64,000 nt of DNA from an uncultured Ruminococcus sp. GTDB taxonomy: Bacteria > Bacillota > Clostridia > Oscillospirales > Acutalibacteraceae. Positions 63,502-64,000 of the stretch are shown in pieces. The stretch spans positions 92,163 to 156,162 of the forward strand of contig CACWOX010000002.1 of assembly GCA_902762615.1 (NCBI GenBank), given 5' to 3'. The notes below the pieces were generated by a model that made no database searches, was not told the DNA's origin, and saw nothing but the letters and a program-made list of their open reading frames with translations. Every line of letters starts with the position of its first letter. Positions within the stretch are counted from its first letter, which is position 1. The position numbers were made by a program, and so were the translations under genes.

Positions 63502-64000
63502 TCAGTCCTCGCAGACAATAAGCTCCCTTGCATACGGAAGTGTGAGAATCCAGTCGCAGAAGGTATGCCATTCCGCAAGCTTATGATCCTTGCGGGCAAA
63601 ATAGATATTGATCAGCGTTTCATAATTGAATGAGCAGGTGCGCATCTGATTATAGCTCGACGGCAAAAGCTGAATAATATCATACCAGTCCTTTTTGTCT
63701 TTTGTCTCAAGATAGCGCAGGCGAATGCCCTCCAGCTCATCCACAACGCTCTGCATGAATTTCTCCGTGCCGGCAGTCATGTGGTCGTGGCTGAAATCAT
63801 CTATGTCAAAGGGCTTGCTTGTGATCTTGTGCATGGTACTGGTGGAATTTGCCACCGTCGCTATCTTATATGTATCGTATTCCTTCCACCAATACATCGG
63901 TGCGGTGATATCCACCGAAACAAAGACCTGACGCAGATACTTGCGGTGATCGCTGCCTGCCTTGCGAAGTCTTCGGGCAAGATCGAGGTCATTCGGTCCC
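63502..64000 (-). CDS. ThyX-fold-like protein, C-terminal part (ORF continues beyond the window end)
   Basis: The reading frame is open to position 64000 (…GSDHRKYLRQVFVSVDITAPMYWW…). LLPSSYNQMRTCSFNYETLINIYFARKDHKLAEWHTFCDWI resembles the ThyX C-terminal ARxxLPxxxxTxxxxxxNxRxLxHFxxLRxxxxAQxEIR block. The RHRxxS signature is not recognisable. Confidence 0.4.
   Translation of the reverse strand, partial: GPNDLDLARRLRKAGSDHRKYLRQVFVSVDITAPMYWWKEYDTYKIATVANSTSTMHKITSKPFDIDDFSHDHMTAGTEKFMQSVVDELEGIRLRYLETKDKKDWYDIIQLLPSSYNQMRTCSFNYETLINIYFARKDHKLAEWHTFCDWILTLPYARELIVCED

Noticed and set aside
1-64000. Search for a CRISPR array, prophage, IS element, integrase, restriction-modification or other canonical defence systems.
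   Set aside because: I found no regularly spaced direct repeats. I found no transposase, integrase, recombinase, terminase or capsid-like ORFs. I also found no methyltransferase-nuclease pairs, STAND/AAA+ defence ATPases, TIR, SIR2 or cyclase genes. The only repeated DNA is the tandem gene paralogy (LRR triplet; ECF-linked pair).

Overview
This 64-kb window looks like a chromosomal segment of an endospore-forming Firmicute with Clostridia-like gene content; the taxon is inference only. I call about 64 protein-coding genes. I found no rRNA genes, no bona fide tRNA genes, no CRISPR array, and no transposase, integrase or phage genes. Left to right: parE (3' end) and parC; a transglutaminase-like protein; a lipase abutting glpK; a GldG/DUF4340-type ABC operon; a radical-SAM / exonuclease / TatD / DegV string; an unclassified PP-loop enzyme divergent from nifS-thiI. 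Next come CinA-C (PncC), sortase B and a CinA-N-like protein; XRE regulators; Gx-transporter and ApbE; ABC-F; MtaB; a PH-domain protein; and an ECF sigma / ZAS anti-sigma pair followed by two tandem paralogous membrane proteins. Then a complete spoIIIAA-AH operon; an RluA-type pseudouridine synthase; RqcH; Nif3-TrmK; DUF1858; an AT-rich block of three tandem LRR lipoprotein paralogues; RadA; and a HAD hydrolase. The right end holds a nucleoside-catabolism operon (YibE/F, YfbR, DeoC, DeoD, DeoB::Cdd fusion); HtrA; dpaAB; a zinc-ribbon protein preceded by a tRNA-shaped leader; a SigH-like sigma factor; a class B PBP plus an FHA-RodA fusion; a secreted serpin; and a partial ThyX-like gene. I see no canonical defence system or mobile element. 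The items most worth a second look are the tRNA-shaped structured element (57349..57456), the orphan PP-loop/Cys4 enzyme next to nifS-thiI, the triplicated LRR lipoprotein island, the DeoB::Cdd and FHA::RodA fusions, and the serpin with a charged hinge. All family calls rest on motif recognition by eye; no database search was possible. Start codons are refined from Shine-Dalgarno spacing where stated.
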